Position numbers and translations under genes: made by a program. Source: a virus. Taken from it: a stretch of 64,000 bases of DNA. Below the pieces are notes generated by a model. That model saw nothing but the letters and a program-made list of their open reading frames with translations, was not told the origin of the DNA and ran no database searches. Positions 16,830-27,327 of this stretch are shown here, in pieces; position 1 is the stretch's first letter; every line of letters starts with the position of its first letter. Where the stretch lies: positions 7,572 through 71,571 of IMG/VR virus record IMGVR_UViG_3300019890_000004; one strand, given 5' to 3'.

Positions 16830-18803
16830 TTGATCGGCACCCCCGTGTTCGCCGGCTTCACCTCGAGCGTCGCCTCGTCGGCGACGTACGCGGTGCCGAT
16901 GACGACGGCCCCGGTCCCCCCGGGGGCCGTCATCGTCGTGTTCGCCGGGGCGTCGGGGGCGACCGCGGCAACAGGGGTCACCGACACCCAGGGCAACGCG
17001 TACGCCCTGGCCGCGTCGTCCACCGCGAATGAGTACCTGCAGGCGTTCACCGCCACCGCCGTCACCGGGCTGAACCCGGCCGCCGGGGATTCCCTGACGG
17101 TCTCGTTCGCCGCGGCCAACAGCCAGAATAAGAACATCCTCGCGGTGGCGGTCACCGGGTGCGCGGCGGCCGACATCGCCGTCGCGGCGAACGGGTCGTC
17201 GGCGTCCCCGGCGGCGGCCGGCACCGCGGCGGGCGGCAACGAGGTCATCATCGCCTGCGTCCAGAACGCGGCCGCGGGCGGGACCCCGTCGTTCCCCGCG
17301 GCGCTGCCCGTCCTCGGCATCCTCGCCCCGGGCGGGCAGCAGGCCACCGCGGTCGCCTACGGCCAGGTGACCCGCGCCGGCAGCGCCGGCGTGTCCGCGA
17401 CGATCACGTCCGCCCCGTGGGCGATGGTCATGCTGTCGTTCACCGCCGCGGCACCGGCGGCCCTGGGAACGGGCGGCTCGCCGTCCGGCGGCGCCCAGCT
17501 CCCGCCCTACCCGGTGCTGCCGTCGCCCCGCACCTGGTCCCCTCGCGACAAGCTGCTCACGCCGCTGCTGCGGGCCGACCCGGGCAACGCCCTGCTGCTG
17601 CTCGCGAACCCGCCGCTGTACATCGGCGGCCAGACCGTCACCGGCCAGCCGGTCCCGTCCGGGGCCGACACGCCGCTGACCCTGGACACCGACCTCACCG
17701 ACACGTGGGGGGCCCACGCCATCCCCGCGAAGACGATCGCCCCGCCCCTGGCCGGCTGGTACCTCGCCGAGGGATTCCCGAACCTCGCCTCGATCTCGTC
17801 GGGGACGGCCATCGCGGGAATCCAGGCCGTCCAGGGCGGCGTCACCGCGAACTGCGACGGCGGGCGCGGTGCCGGCAACGGCGTCAACGACCCCCTCCCG
17901 AACGTCGCCGACCTCATCCAGGTCAACCCCGCCACGGGGGACACGATCGCCCTGTACTGCGCGCAGACCTCCGGGACCGCGAAGACGATCCAGGCGGCCT
18001 GGCTGAAGGCCGAGTGGGCCGCGGCATCATCGGGCACCGTGGTCGCGGCCCCGGTTCCGGCCGGCCCGTGGACCACCGGTGCCACTGTCCTCCTCGCCGC
18101 GGTCACCGCGGGGGCGACGACGGTGCTCGTCGCCGACCCGTCGGGGATCGCCGCCGGCACGGTGATCGCCCTCGACTACGGGAACCCGGCGCAGGAGAGC
18201 GTCACCGTCTCCTCCGCGGCCGGGCAGACCGTCGTGACCGGAGCCTGCGCTTACCCGCACCCGGCGCAGGCGCCGGTGTCGGTACCGGTGTCGGCCGCGT
18301 GGATGAACCAGCAGGTGCGGGACAAGATCCGGTTCCTGTCCTACCGGCCCATAGCCCGGCTGACGACCCAGGGCGGCTCCCAGTCGCTCCCGTCCCAGGC
18401 GTGGCCCGCCGGCACCGCGATCACCTGGTCGGACCCGTCGACATCCGGGTACCGGTGCACCGACAACTTCACCGGGTGGAGCGTCTTCAGCCCGACCCGT
18501 TACACGTTCCCGCTGAGCGGCACCTGGTACCTGTACGGGCAGGTGTACCTGGCTGACACGTCGTCCCCGTTCACCGCCTCGGCGGGGCTGGCCATCTCGG
18601 GCGGGGCGATCTGGTGGGGCGACCGGACCCTGTCCGCCGGCAGTGCCGGCGAGTTCGCGTGCGCGACCGTCCGGCGCGTCATCCGTGCCGCCGCGGGCCA
18701 GTACGCGGAGGTGTACGGCTCGCAGGGGTCCGGCGGGTCGCGGGCGGTCCAGGCCACCGCGATCGCGCACTCCAGGCTCCTCGCGGTCTGGCGCGGTTTC
18801 TGA
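16830..18803 (+). CDS. minor tail protein
   Basis: TTG at 16830 after GGAGG; beta-rich; WMNQQVRD motif. Confidence 0.7.
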   Translation: MIGTPVFAGFTSSVASSATYAVPMTTAPVPPGAVIVVFAGASGATAATGVTDTQGNAYALAASSTANEYLQAFTATAVTGLNPAAGDSLTVSFAAANSQNKNILAVAVTGCAAADIAVAANGSSASPAAAGTAAGGNEVIIACVQNAAAGGTPSFPAALPVLGILAPGGQQATAVAYGQVTRAGSAGVSATITSAPWAMVMLSFTAAAPAALGTGGSPSGGAQLPPYPVLPSPRTWSPRDKLLTPLLRADPGNALLLLANPPLYIGGQTVTGQPVPSGADTPLTLDTDLTDTWGAHAIPAKTIAPPLAGWYLAEGFPNLASISSGTAIAGIQAVQGGVTANCDGGRGAGNGVNDPLPNVADLIQVNPATGDTIALYCAQTSGTAKTIQAAWLKAEWAAASSGTVVAAPVPAGPWTTGATVLLAAVTAGATTVLVADPSGIAAGTVIALDYGNPAQESVTVSSAAGQTVVTGACAYPHPAQAPVSVPVSAAWMNQQVRDKIRFLSYRPIARLTTQGGSQSLPSQAWPAGTAITWSDPSTSGYRCTDNFTGWSVFSPTRYTFPLSGTWYLYGQVYLADTSSPFTASAGLAISGGAIWWGDRTLSAGSAGEFACATVRRVIRAAAGQYAEVYGSQGSGGSRAVQATAIAHSRLLAVWRGF

Positions 18804-18830
18804 GCCGCTCACGCGGGCGGGGGTTCTGAC

Positions 18831-20021
18831 ATGACCTCGATCACGTTCACGGTGCCCGGCACCGTGAAGTGGACGGTTCCCGCGAACGTGCTCGTCTACC
18901 AGGTGGAATGCGGGGCGGCCGCGGCGGGAGGCGCCGGCCCGTCCGGCACGTCGGCGGGGGCGGGCGGCGGGGCAGGCGAGTACGCCGCCGAGCCCGCGAT
19001 CACCGGAGTCCCCGGCACTGTCGTCTACGGGTCGATCGGGCAGGGCGGCGCCCCGGGCAGCTCCGGCGGGAACACCACCTGGAACGCCGGGCAGGTCACC
19101 GCCAATGGCGGGTACGGCACCACGGGCGGCTCCGGGTCGGCGAACACCGTCCACCGCAACGGCGGGAACGGCGGGAACGGCGGCGGCGCGAACGGCGGCG
19201 GGGGCGGCGGGGGAAGCTCCGGCGCCCCGTCCGGTGCCGGCCACGCCGGGGGAAACGGGACGGGAAGCGCGGGCGGCGCAGGCGGCGCGGCGGTTCCCCC
19301 TGGCGGAGGCGGAGGCCATGGCGGCGCCCCCCGCGCGTCGGGGAGCAACGGCGGCAGCCCGGGCGGAGGCGGCGGCGGCGCGGGCGGCGGCACCCCGTTC
19401 GGCGGCGGCCCGTCCCCGCAGGGCGCCCGCGGCGGTGACGGGTGGATCCGCATCACCTGGACGTCCGCCCCCGGCTCCCCGTCGACGTTCCCGCTGCCGT
19501 CGGTCCCGTTCTTCCCCGCCGGCTACAGCCCTTCCGCGTCAGACCTGGGCAGCTGGTTCCACGACCCGTTCGCCGCGATCGAGAACCGCCCCGTCGCCCG
19601 GTTCAGGCAGGCCGCCGCCGCCCAGGCCCTCCCGTCGTCCGGCGCCGCGACCGTCCTGCAATTCGACACGGTCGACGAGGACCCCCTGGGAGGCTGGCAG
19701 CCCGGCGCCTGGGCGTGGGGGCCCCCGCCCGGCTGGTCCGCCTGGTACCAGGTCACCGTCACCCTGTTCACCCAGCCGGTCGCATCAGGGAACGTGATCA
19801 GGCCCGGGATCACTGCCCCCGGGTCGCCCGGCCCCGTCGGGTCCCAGCTGCCCGGAGCCGGGAACAACGCCGGCGCCCAGGGCACGTTCTGGGTCTACCT
19901 CATCGGCGGGCAGGACACGGTCCAGGCCACCGGGGCACTGGTGAACGCCTCGGTGAACGTGAACACCGACATCGGCGCGACCCAGCAGTCCGCGCTGGAG
20001 ATCACGTGGCTGTCGGCCTGA
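18831..20021 (+). CDS. glycine-rich minor tail/fibre protein
   Basis: [24 protein letters not shown] glycine-rich domain. Confidence 0.75.
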   Translation: MTSITFTVPGTVKWTVPANVLVYQVECGAAAAGGAGPSGTSAGAGGGAGEYAAEPAITGVPGTVVYGSIGQGGAPGSSGGNTTWNAGQVTANGGYGTTGGSGSANTVHRNGGNGGNGGGANGGGGGGGSSGAPSGAGHAGGNGTGSAGGAGGAAVPPGGGGGHGGAPRASGSNGGSPGGGGGGAGGGTPFGGGPSPQGARGGDGWIRITWTSAPGSPSTFPLPSVPFFPAGYSPSASDLGSWFHDPFAAIENRPVARFRQAAAAQALPSSGAATVLQFDTVDEDPLGGWQPGAWAWGPPPGWSAWYQVTVTLFTQPVASGNVIRPGITAPGSPGPVGSQLPGAGNNAGAQGTFWVYLIGGQDTVQATGALVNASVNVNTDIGATQQSALEITWLSA

Positions 20022-20078
20022 GCGGGACGCCCGGCAGCAGCAGCCCAGTCCGCTCCTCCGCCTCGGGAAAGGGCACCG

Positions 20079-20537
20079 ATGCCCAGGCTTTCCAGGCCGT
20101 TCGCCCGCACCATCGGCGCCTCAAGGGCGAACATGCTCACGATCGGCACCGGGTACGGGATCTACGCGCTCTCCCTCCTCCTCCAGGGCGCCCGGTGGTC
20201 CCGGACTCCCGCCTACAGCAACCTCCTCGCGCTCATGCCCGCCACCGCATGGGGGGCGTGCTTCGCCCTGGTGTCGGCGGCCCTGTTCGCCGCCGTCACC
20301 GCCTACAGCCTGCGGTGGCTGTCGGTCGCCGCCCTGACCGCCGCCGGGATCATCACCCTGGCATGGACGCTTGCGTTCATCGTCCGGTGGGTCACGAACG
20401 ATTCCACCACCCCGGAAACCTGGGTGAGCTGGGCGGTCAACGCCTACGTGCTGGCCAGGGCGGCGGTCCTCCTCGACTACCGGGAGGTACTGGTCCCGTC
20501 CCGCGCCTCCGAACGGGAAGGACCCGATGGCGCTTGA
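20079..20537 (+). CDS. multi-pass membrane protein (lysis cassette)
   Basis: about four hydrophobic segments. Confidence 0.65.
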   Translation: MPRLSRPFARTIGASRANMLTIGTGYGIYALSLLLQGARWSRTPAYSNLLALMPATAWGACFALVSAALFAAVTAYSLRWLSVAALTAAGIITLAWTLAFIVRWVTNDSTTPETWVSWAVNAYVLARAAVLLDYREVLVPSRASEREGPDGA

Positions 20538-20862
20538 CCCGGTCGCGCTCACCACGATTGTCGTCGCCGTCGGAGGTGTCGCCGCCGGCTACATCGTTCC
20601 CCTCGTCCTCGCCCGCAGGAACGCCGCCGGGGACGAGAAACGCGACGCGGTGTCATCGTGGGCACAGCTCAACGACGCGCTGCAAGAGGAAATCAAGCGC
20701 GTCACCGGGGAACTGGCCCTTCAGCGCGCCGACTTCCAGCGGCAGTTCGAAGCCGCCCGCGCCGACTACCAGGGCCAGCTCGATGCGTCCCGCAAGCGGA
20801 TCACCGAGCTTGAGGCCGAGGTCGCGGCGCTACAGCGGGCATTGCGGGGCGCGCAGCCTTGA
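20527..20862 (+). CDS. membrane-anchored coiled-coil protein (holin/lysis accessory-like)
   Basis: N-terminal TM followed by heptad-rich helix. Confidence 0.7.
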   Translation: MALDPVALTTIVVAVGGVAAGYIVPLVLARRNAAGDEKRDAVSSWAQLNDALQEEIKRVTGELALQRADFQRQFEAARADYQGQLDASRKRITELEAEVAALQRALRGAQP

Positions 20863-21206
20863 CGGGCAGGGCACTCCTCCTGCTGATGCTGCTGGTGTCG
20901 TGGACGTCGCTGGTGCTCCAGTCCGGTGCCCTCGTGCACCTGCGGCGGCAGCAGGCCACCTATGCGGCCGAGAAGCTCGCCGGGCACGGGTATGTCCGCA
21001 CCGCCGCCTGCCGGGTTCTCGCCGCCGCCGTCTACTCGGCGATCGCCCTGCTCGACATCATCGGCGTCCGCATCCCTGGCGGGGGCACCCTCGGCCCGGA
21101 AGCGCTCGTCGTCTTCGTGGCCGTGCAGACCATCTGGCTGTGCAACACCGCCATGGACATCAGGGTGCGCCGGCGGCTCGCGAAGCATCCCGAAGACACC
21201 CCATAG
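20859..21206 (+). CDS. three-TM membrane protein (holin-like)
   Basis: three hydrophobic segments, basic C-terminus. Confidence 0.65.
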   Translation: MTGRALLLLMLLVSWTSLVLQSGALVHLRRQQATYAAEKLAGHGYVRTAACRVLAAAVYSAIALLDIIGVRIPGGGTLGPEALVVFVAVQTIWLCNTAMDIRVRRRLAKHPEDTP

Positions 21207-21328
21207 ACGGGGAGAGGCCAGCAGCGGCATCTTCTGCGGCTTTGGGCCGTCTCGCCGCCCGTGAAGCCGAGCCGCGTCAGCGGGCGGGGCGGGCCTCTCC
21301 CCTCAACTTCCACGGCAAGGAGGCCCGC

Positions 21329-21865
21329 GTGGCCCTCGCAGACCTGTCCGTCCTCGACAAGCGGAAGCGGGGCGGATCGTTCCCTCCCGGCTATCCGTCG
21401 TCGCCGCTCTCGTTTTTCAGTCCGGTCGACGACGTTCACGGCGCCCTGCTCGACGCGATGAACGCTGCCACGTCCAGCCTCGTGGTGGTCATGTACGGGC
21501 TGGACGATGACGAACTCGTCACGCTGCTCCACGAGAAGCTCGACGACGAGCACTGCTTCGTTCAGCTCACCCTCGATTCCTCGCAGGCGGCGGGCAAGCA
21601 TGAGGCGGCGCTGCTCGCCAAGGACGCGTTCCCGTCGAATACCGTCGCCATCGGCCGGTCGGAGCGGGGCGCGATCATCCACCTGAAGATGGCCGTGGTT
21701 GACAGCCTGGACGTGATCACCGGGTCAACCAACTGGTCGGACTCGGGGGAGACGAAGCAGGACAACGTTCTGGTGATCATCAGGGACGCGCACGTGGCGG
21801 CCGAGGCGCGGGCGCGGGCGGACATGATCCACCAGCACATGCTCACCGCCGCGGCGGTGAAGTGA
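21329..21865 (+). CDS. phospholipase D-superfamily protein (single HKD, Nuc-like)
   Basis: [13 protein letters not shown]; GTG at 21329 after AAGGAGG. Confidence 0.88.
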   Translation: MALADLSVLDKRKRGGSFPPGYPSSPLSFFSPVDDVHGALLDAMNAATSSLVVVMYGLDDDELVTLLHEKLDDEHCFVQLTLDSSQAAGKHEAALLAKDAFPSNTVAIGRSERGAIIHLKMAVVDSLDVITGSTNWSDSGETKQDNVLVIIRDAHVAAEARARADMIHQHMLTAAAVK

Positions 21866-22155
21866 CCGGCATCCCGCTCCGCATCGTCGACCCCGACGAG
21901 CCCGGCCGCCGCCTTGAGCCGGGCGACATGTGGCACGACCACGACCACGATGCCGCCCACGGCGGTGCCTGCTACGCGATCGTCCTGCCGAACCGGGGCA
22001 TCTGGTACACCTGCGTTCCCGCGCACGGCAGCGGTGCCCTGTGGACCGTGACCGGGGAAGCCCCGAACCTGACCGTTCACCCGTCGATCAACGACCTCGA
22101 CGAGCGGGCACCGTGGCACGGGTGGATCCGCAATGGCGAGATGGTGCCCGCTTGA
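21862..22155 (+). CDS. small His/Cys protein, DUF6527-like
   Basis: [25 protein letters not shown]. Confidence 0.55.
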   Translation: MTGIPLRIVDPDEPGRRLEPGDMWHDHDHDAAHGGACYAIVLPNRGIWYTCVPAHGSGALWTVTGEAPNLTVHPSINDLDERAPWHGWIRNGEMVPA

Positions 22156-22559
22156 GCGAGATAAGCGAAGTCACCCAGACGATCCTGTACAGCCCCGAGA
22201 ACGAGGCGCGAGGCGTTTACGGCAACTGCCTTCAGTCGGCCGTGGCGTCCGCGCTCGGCCTGGACCTGGACGCCGTTCCGAACTTCGCGGACTTCATGTG
22301 GTGGGAGCCGGCGGCGCGGCTGTGGCTCCGAGGTCACGGCCTGGACTGGCGCATGGTTTCCGGAATCCCGCCCGGCCGCTCAATCGTGATCGGCCCGACC
22401 GTGCGCGGAACGGGAGACCACGCCGTGGTCGGCGATGACGGCGAGATCGCGTGGGATCCGCACCCGTCGCGGGCCGGCCTGCTTGAGGTGAAGCGCGCCT
22501 ATGTGCTGGAGAAGTGGCCAGACGGCGAGCCTAGTCCCTGCTGGCACTGCGGCAAGTAG
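22152..22559 (+). CDS. papain-like peptidase fold candidate
   Basis: GNCLQSAVAS..HAVV..WDP Cys-His-Asp pattern; TTG overlaps upstream stop. Confidence 0.55.
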   Translation: MSEISEVTQTILYSPENEARGVYGNCLQSAVASALGLDLDAVPNFADFMWWEPAARLWLRGHGLDWRMVSGIPPGRSIVIGPTVRGTGDHAVVGDDGEIAWDPHPSRAGLLEVKRAYVLEKWPDGEPSPCWHCGK

Positions 22560-22578
22560 GACGGAGGCGACCGACCGC

Positions 22579-22677
22579 ATGACCGCCAAGAACCGCGCCG
22601 ACCTGCTGACGACCACCCAGATGTTCCACCTTGACCAGGCGTGCCAGGTGATCACCCGGGCGTTCGGCGGGGAGTGA
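22579..22677 (+). pseudogene. truncated gene remnant (32 aa)
   Basis: GGAGG RBS, MTAKNRADLLTTTQMFHLDQACQVITRAFGGE, abrupt stop at the next start. Confidence 0.45.
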
Positions 22678-23120
22678 TGCCCGGGACGATCCCGCTGCGG
22701 GAGCACCTGGCGGCGCTCCGGGCGGCAGACGCACTGCTGGCGGCGGAACGGGACCGCCGGCACGCCGAGATCGGCGTCGAGCGGGAGAAAGCCCTCCGCA
22801 TCAAGGACACAGCCGACCGTGACGCGCTCGACCTCGCACGGCAGGCCCAGACCTACAGGGACGAGCAGGCCAACAAGCTCCGCGAGCAGATCAACTCCGA
22901 GCGCGGCCTGTACGCGACGAAGGATGACCTGGCCAATGCGGTGCGGGAGATGACCGCCGCGATCAAGCCGCTGAGCGAGTATGTCGCGTCCACGGCCGGG
23001 CGCACCGGCGGGGCGGCGGAGTCCCGTACCGAGCGCCGCCTCGACGCCGGGCAGGTAATCCAGGCGCTCATCGTCCTCATCGCAGTCGCCACCGTCATCG
23101 TCGCGATACTCAAGAAGTAG
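22677..23120 (+). CDS. coiled-coil protein with C-terminal TM (lysis cassette)
   Basis: helical N-terminus, hydrophobic C-terminus ending KK. Confidence 0.7.
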   Translation: MPGTIPLREHLAALRAADALLAAERDRRHAEIGVEREKALRIKDTADRDALDLARQAQTYRDEQANKLREQINSERGLYATKDDLANAVREMTAAIKPLSEYVASTAGRTGGAAESRTERRLDAGQVIQALIVLIAVATVIVAILKK

Positions 23121-23135
23121 GCGGGCGGGGGCGGT

Positions 23136-23633
23136 ATGACCCTGCACGAGCATGTACCCCACCCCCACCTGAGGCACCGGGCCGAGGCGGGGCCGGTCAC
23201 GGTCGCCCGCGCCGGCGGCAGCCCGGTGACCCGCTTCAACACCCGCGCCGCCGTGGTGGTGACACGGGGCGTGGGGACGATGTGGTGCGCGTACGCGTTC
23301 ACGCTGCTCGCCCTCTACGGACTGCCCGCTGCCCTGCACGGCGGCCCCGCCGGGTTCGTCCAGTGGGCGAGCAGCCAGTTCATCCAGCTGGTGCTCCTGC
23401 CGGTCATCATCGTCGGCGCCGCCGTCCTGGCAGAGGCCACCGACCGGATGGCGAAACGCCAGTTCGACGACGTTGAGGCGCTCCTGCACGGCCAGTCCGA
23501 GCAGGCCGCGCACCTCGCGGCGCAGGACGAGAAGATCCTCGCGATCCTCGCGGAAGTCCGGGCGAACACCGCCCTGACCGCGCAGGCCCGAGACGCGGCA
23601 GTGGCCGCGAGCCTGAAAGGGGAAGCGCCTTGA
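23136..23633 (+). CDS. membrane protein, DUF1003-like/holin candidate
   Basis: GVGTMWCAYAF..QFIQLVLLPVIIVG; directly upstream of endolysin. Confidence 0.65.
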   Translation: MTLHEHVPHPHLRHRAEAGPVTVARAGGSPVTRFNTRAAVVVTRGVGTMWCAYAFTLLALYGLPAALHGGPAGFVQWASSQFIQLVLLPVIIVGAAVLAEATDRMAKRQFDDVEALLHGQSEQAAHLAAQDEKILAILAEVRANTALTAQARDAAVAASLKGEAP

Positions 23634-24433
23634 CCGGCACGACGATGTACGACACCGCGTTCAGCAACCAGTTCCCGGGCGGTGCCGCCGCGTACGCAGG
23701 TTACGTCGACGGCGGGATCGGCGACCAGCCCAACTACGCGCACATCGTGTCCGCGTTCCCGTCCGCGCACCACCTGTCGATCGCCCTGTTCGCCGATCGG
23801 GACGCCGACGCGCTCGACGTCGAATCGGGGGCGGCGCGGCCGTCGGACATCCCCGGCTGGTACGCCCGGCAGCGCAGGCGCGGCATCGACAGGCCGTGCA
23901 TCTACGCGAGCGCCTCCACCATGGAGGCGGCGGTTATCCCGGTGATCCGGGCCATCCCGGTGATCCGGACCGCGATCCGGCTGTGGACGGCGCACTACGG
24001 GGAGGGCGAGCACATCTGCGGCCCGAAGTCCTGCGGGCAGCTCTCGTTCGACGCCGACGGCACGCAATGGACCTCGAACGCTCTCGGCCGCACGCTCGAC
24101 CAGTCCCGCCTCCTCGATGACTTCTTCGGCACGCCCGTGCCGTCACCATCCCCGGCTTATGCGGAGGTCGACATGGCAAAGCTTCCCGTCCTGAAGCAGG
24201 GCGACTCAGACAAGCCGGGCCAGTTCTGGCCGGTGCGCAGGCTCCAGGCGCTCGTCGCGCTGACGGGGAAGATCAACGGCATCCCGGCGGCAGCAGCGGT
24301 CGTCGACGACGGCGTGTTCGGGAAGGCGACCGCCGCCGGGGTCAAGGCGGTGCAGGCGCATTACGGGATCACGGCCGACGGGATCGCCGGGGCGCAGACC
24401 TGGGGCGTTCTCCTCACCGGGTCGGCGGCCTGA
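23630..24433 (+). CDS. endolysin (GH25-like catalytic domain plus peptidoglycan-binding domain)
   Basis: LDVESG, IYASAS, LWTAHY, GTQWT; DGVFGKAT..Q..DGIAGAQTW. Confidence 0.88.
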   Translation: MTGTTMYDTAFSNQFPGGAAAYAGYVDGGIGDQPNYAHIVSAFPSAHHLSIALFADRDADALDVESGAARPSDIPGWYARQRRRGIDRPCIYASASTMEAAVIPVIRAIPVIRTAIRLWTAHYGEGEHICGPKSCGQLSFDADGTQWTSNALGRTLDQSRLLDDFFGTPVPSPSPAYAEVDMAKLPVLKQGDSDKPGQFWPVRRLQALVALTGKINGIPAAAAVVDDGVFGKATAAGVKAVQAHYGITADGIAGAQTWGVLLTGSAA

Positions 24434-24454
24434 CGCAAGCCCGGCCTGCCGCGC

Positions 24455-24754
24455 TTAGGGCTTCGGGTCGCTTAGCGGCCCGCTGACGCCCTTCTTCCCG
24501 CATTCGCGGCAGGCGAGCGAGTCCCAGAACGCGTCCGATTCCTCGTCGGTCCCGAACACCGGGAACGCGACGCAGATCACGCCGGATTCCTCGCCGCAGG
24601 AGCATTCGACCATCGAGCCGTTCAGGTGCCGGTGATGGCCCTCGTGCTCGTCTGGCATCTCCCCGGCGGCGCGGGCCTCACGGTTCCACTCCTGCCGCAG
24701 CGTCCAGCCCCTGGCCTCCGCCTGCGCGGCCATCCGCTCCTCCCAGGTGCTCAC
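24455..24754 (-). CDS. hypothetical Zn-binding protein, antisense
   Basis: CSCG and CREC motifs. Confidence 0.55.
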   Translation of the reverse strand: MSTWEERMAAQAEARGWTLRQEWNREARAAGEMPDEHEGHHRHLNGSMVECSCGEESGVICVAFPVFGTDEESDAFWDSLACRECGKKGVSGPLSDPKP

Positions 24755-24876
24755 CCGCCCATACTGCCAGGCCCCTTGCCGTGCGGCGGTCGCCCCTTCC
24801 CCTGGAGGTGACCGCGCATGGCTCTCAACCGCAGCGCGCTCAAGGGCATGCGCCAGGGCTGGAAGCCGGGCTTCCG

Positions 24877-25596
24877 GTGACCATCTCCCTGGTGGGCCAG
24901 GCCACGAACACGGCCAGCGCGAACTCCCTGGCGGTGAGCCGGTCCAGTGCCGGGGGCAATGCGCTCGTAGCGATCGGGCAGCTCTACACCGGCGGCAGCT
25001 CTGGCGCGTACCCCTCGACGATCACCGACACGGCGGGCAACACCTGGCAGGTCGCCACGGCGCTGTCGTCCAACCCGCCGGCGTCGACTCCGGACGCCAG
25101 CCTGAACGCGGGCCGGGCGATCGCGATCGCCTGGACCCTCGGCGCGAGCGCTATCACCAGCGTCACGCTGACCGCCCCGAACGCGGCCTTCATGAGCTTC
25201 AACATCTCGGAGTGGTCCGGGATCGGGTCCGAAACCGCAGGCGGCTACGTCCAGGGCGCGCCTAGCACGCCCAACGAGGTCGTGTCCTCGTCGCTGGCGG
25301 TCCCGGCCGGGGGCCTGGTGATCGGCGGCGCCTACCCGTCATCGGGGTCGGGGCTGACCTCCGGGGAGTTCCCGGCCGCCGCGACCCAGCTGACCGCGCC
25401 GCAGGCCGGCAACGCGTTCTGGTTCGGCTACCAGATCTTTACCAGTCCCGCGACGCTCGCGTGGGACTGGCTGTTCACAGACGCCGGCTGGATCAGCGTC
25501 GCCGCCGTGTTCGCCCCGCCGGGTGCCGTCTCCTCGCTCCCCGCTCAGCCGCTCGTAGTCCCGTCACTGGCCGCCATTCAGGCAGCTAGCTGGTAA
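24877..25596 (+). CDS. virion structural/beta-rich protein
   Basis: GTG at 24877; TITDTAGNTW motif also seen in the 16830 protein. Confidence 0.6.
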   Translation: MTISLVGQATNTASANSLAVSRSSAGGNALVAIGQLYTGGSSGAYPSTITDTAGNTWQVATALSSNPPASTPDASLNAGRAIAIAWTLGASAITSVTLTAPNAAFMSFNISEWSGIGSETAGGYVQGAPSTPNEVVSSSLAVPAGGLVIGGAYPSSGSGLTSGEFPAAATQLTAPQAGNAFWFGYQIFTSPATLAWDWLFTDAGWISVAAVFAPPGAVSSLPAQPLVVPSLAAIQAASW

Positions 25597-25607
25597 AAGG
25601 AGCAGAA

Positions 25608-26087
25608 ATGTCCGACGCACTCTACGCAGTGGCCACGAACGCCGCTGTTCCCCTGGTGGCGGCTACCGCCAAGACCGCGCTGTTCATCGTCACCCCGGCG
25701 GGCCACGGCATGTCACTGAAGAAGTTCAGCATCGGCTTCGACGGCGTGACCGCCTCCGCCATCCCGGTGTTCTGGGAGGTCAACGCCCTGTCCGCCGCGT
25801 CCAACTCGACGCCCGGCACCGGCAACACCTCGCAGTCGGCGGCCGTCACGCAGACCAGCGGCGTGCGGATCGCCAGCGCGTTCCTCGCCGGGTCGAACTG
25901 CTCCTCCGAGCCGACCGTGCAGACGTTCGCCCGCGCCAACCTGCTGACCCCGAACGGCGGCGTGCTCCTGTACGACATCCCGCTCGGCGACGAGCTGGAC
26001 AACATCGCCAGCGCGGGCTTCGCCATCCGCCTGACCGCCCCCGCCGCGGTCAACGTGCGCCTCGACGCGGTGTTCAAGCGCATCTAG
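25608..26087 (+). CDS. putative structural protein
   Basis: AAGGAG RBS; GC3-biased; beta-rich. Confidence 0.7.
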   Translation: MSDALYAVATNAAVPLVAATAKTALFIVTPAGHGMSLKKFSIGFDGVTASAIPVFWEVNALSAASNSTPGTGNTSQSAAVTQTSGVRIASAFLAGSNCSSEPTVQTFARANLLTPNGGVLLYDIPLGDELDNIASAGFAIRLTAPAAVNVRLDAVFKRI

Positions 26088-26136
26088 CCGCAGCAGCGTT
26101 CGCCGATTCCGCCTAGCGAGCCGCGGGAGGCGACGC

Positions 26137-26925
26137 ATGGCAATAGCGGGGCGCAGCTATCCGAGCGTGCCGGTCATCTCCCGCGGCTCGCTGGAAGATC
26201 CTGACGACTTCATCGCGAAGGTAATGCTCGTCGTTACCTCGCAGCCGTCGCAGGCGCAGACGGCGACGCAGCCGGCAACGGTCCTGCGGAGCACCCTGGC
26301 CGACCCGCCGGTCCTCACCACGCCCGCACCGGTCGTCATCGCCGCCCCGGCTGACCGCCGGTGGTTCACCGGTGCCGCCGTCACCGTCCGGGGCACGCTC
26401 GCCGACCCGCCGGTCCTGACCACTCCCGGCCCGGTCGTCGTAACGTCTCAGCCCGCGGCGTCCCAGACGGCCACGCCGCCGGTCCTGGTATTCCGCAGCA
26501 CCCTGCAGGACCCCCCGGTGCTCACGACTGCCGCCCCGGTCGTCATCGCCGCACCGGCCGATCCCCGGTGGTTCGGCGCCAGTCCCGTGCAGGTGCTGAC
26601 CGGCAAGCAGGCGCCCGCCGTAACACCGGTTTCCGCACCGGGACCGCTGGTCATCACGTCACAGCCGCCTGTGCTGCCGGCCGTCCCAGCGTTCATCACC
26701 AGGGGCACGCTCGCCGATCCCCCCGTCCTGACGACCCCGGGGCCCGTCATCGCAGCCGGGCCGCCCGACCCCAGGTGGTTCGCCGCCCGCCCCGCCCTGG
26801 TCCTGGCCGGCGCCGCGGCTCCTGCCCCGCTGCCGGTCCTGTTCTCCGCCGCCGCCGCGAGGCAGGTGTGGGGTGCCCCCGCCGCGAGGCAGCTGTGGGC
26901 CGCCCGCACCGCCCGGAACTCCTGA
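26137..26925 (+). CDS. Pro/Thr-rich repeat protein
   Basis: four R(S/G)TL(A/Q)DPPVLTT repeats. Confidence 0.7.
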   Translation: MAIAGRSYPSVPVISRGSLEDPDDFIAKVMLVVTSQPSQAQTATQPATVLRSTLADPPVLTTPAPVVIAAPADRRWFTGAAVTVRGTLADPPVLTTPGPVVVTSQPAASQTATPPVLVFRSTLQDPPVLTTAAPVVIAAPADPRWFGASPVQVLTGKQAPAVTPVSAPGPLVITSQPPVLPAVPAFITRGTLADPPVLTTPGPVIAAGPPDPRWFAARPALVLAGAAAPAPLPVLFSAAAARQVWGAPAARQLWAARTARNS

Positions 26926-26934
26926 GGAGGACGG

Positions 26935-27264
26935 GTGCAGACACTGTCGCAGCCGGTGCTGTCCACCCAGTACATACAGGTCCTCGTCGCGGTCACCAGC
27001 ATCAGCGGCGGCTACGACCCGACCGGTGATCCCGTGGCGTTCGCGTTCACGGACGCGAACGCCTACCCGGCCGCAGAGCCGTCGCAGTGGTACGCCGGGT
27101 CATGGGTGGCTTACCCCGGCGGCCAGGACTGGGCGCAGGTCCTCGTCGGGCCCGTGAACGGGGGAATCGCCCTCGCGACGGGGGCGTGGAAGGCCTGGCT
27201 GAAGATCACCGACAACCCCGAGGTTCCCGTCCTGCAGCCGCTGATCCTCTGGATAACCCCGTGA
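26935..27264 (+). CDS. Ig-like/BppU-like small structural protein
   Basis: GAWKAWLKITDNPEVPV motif. Confidence 0.6.
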   Translation: MQTLSQPVLSTQYIQVLVAVTSISGGYDPTGDPVAFAFTDANAYPAAEPSQWYAGSWVAYPGGQDWAQVLVGPVNGGIALATGAWKAWLKITDNPEVPVLQPLILWITP

Positions 27265-27327
27265 GCAGCCCGGCGGCCTTACCGCCCGCTTTCCCCTCAT
27301 CCCGGATACCGACCGAAGGAGAACAGA

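Noticed and set aside
19140-19440. GGC-rich DNA repeat
   Set aside because: Encodes the glycine-rich domain of a tail protein.
19442-21328. 807-aa ORF
   Set aside because: Only the last 178 aa (PLD) look real; the rest overlaps four better genes.
26137-26925. CRISPR array or DGR template/variable repeats
   Set aside because: Repeats are in-frame protein repeats; no spacers, no A-specific mismatch pattern noted, no reverse transcriptase or cas genes in the window.
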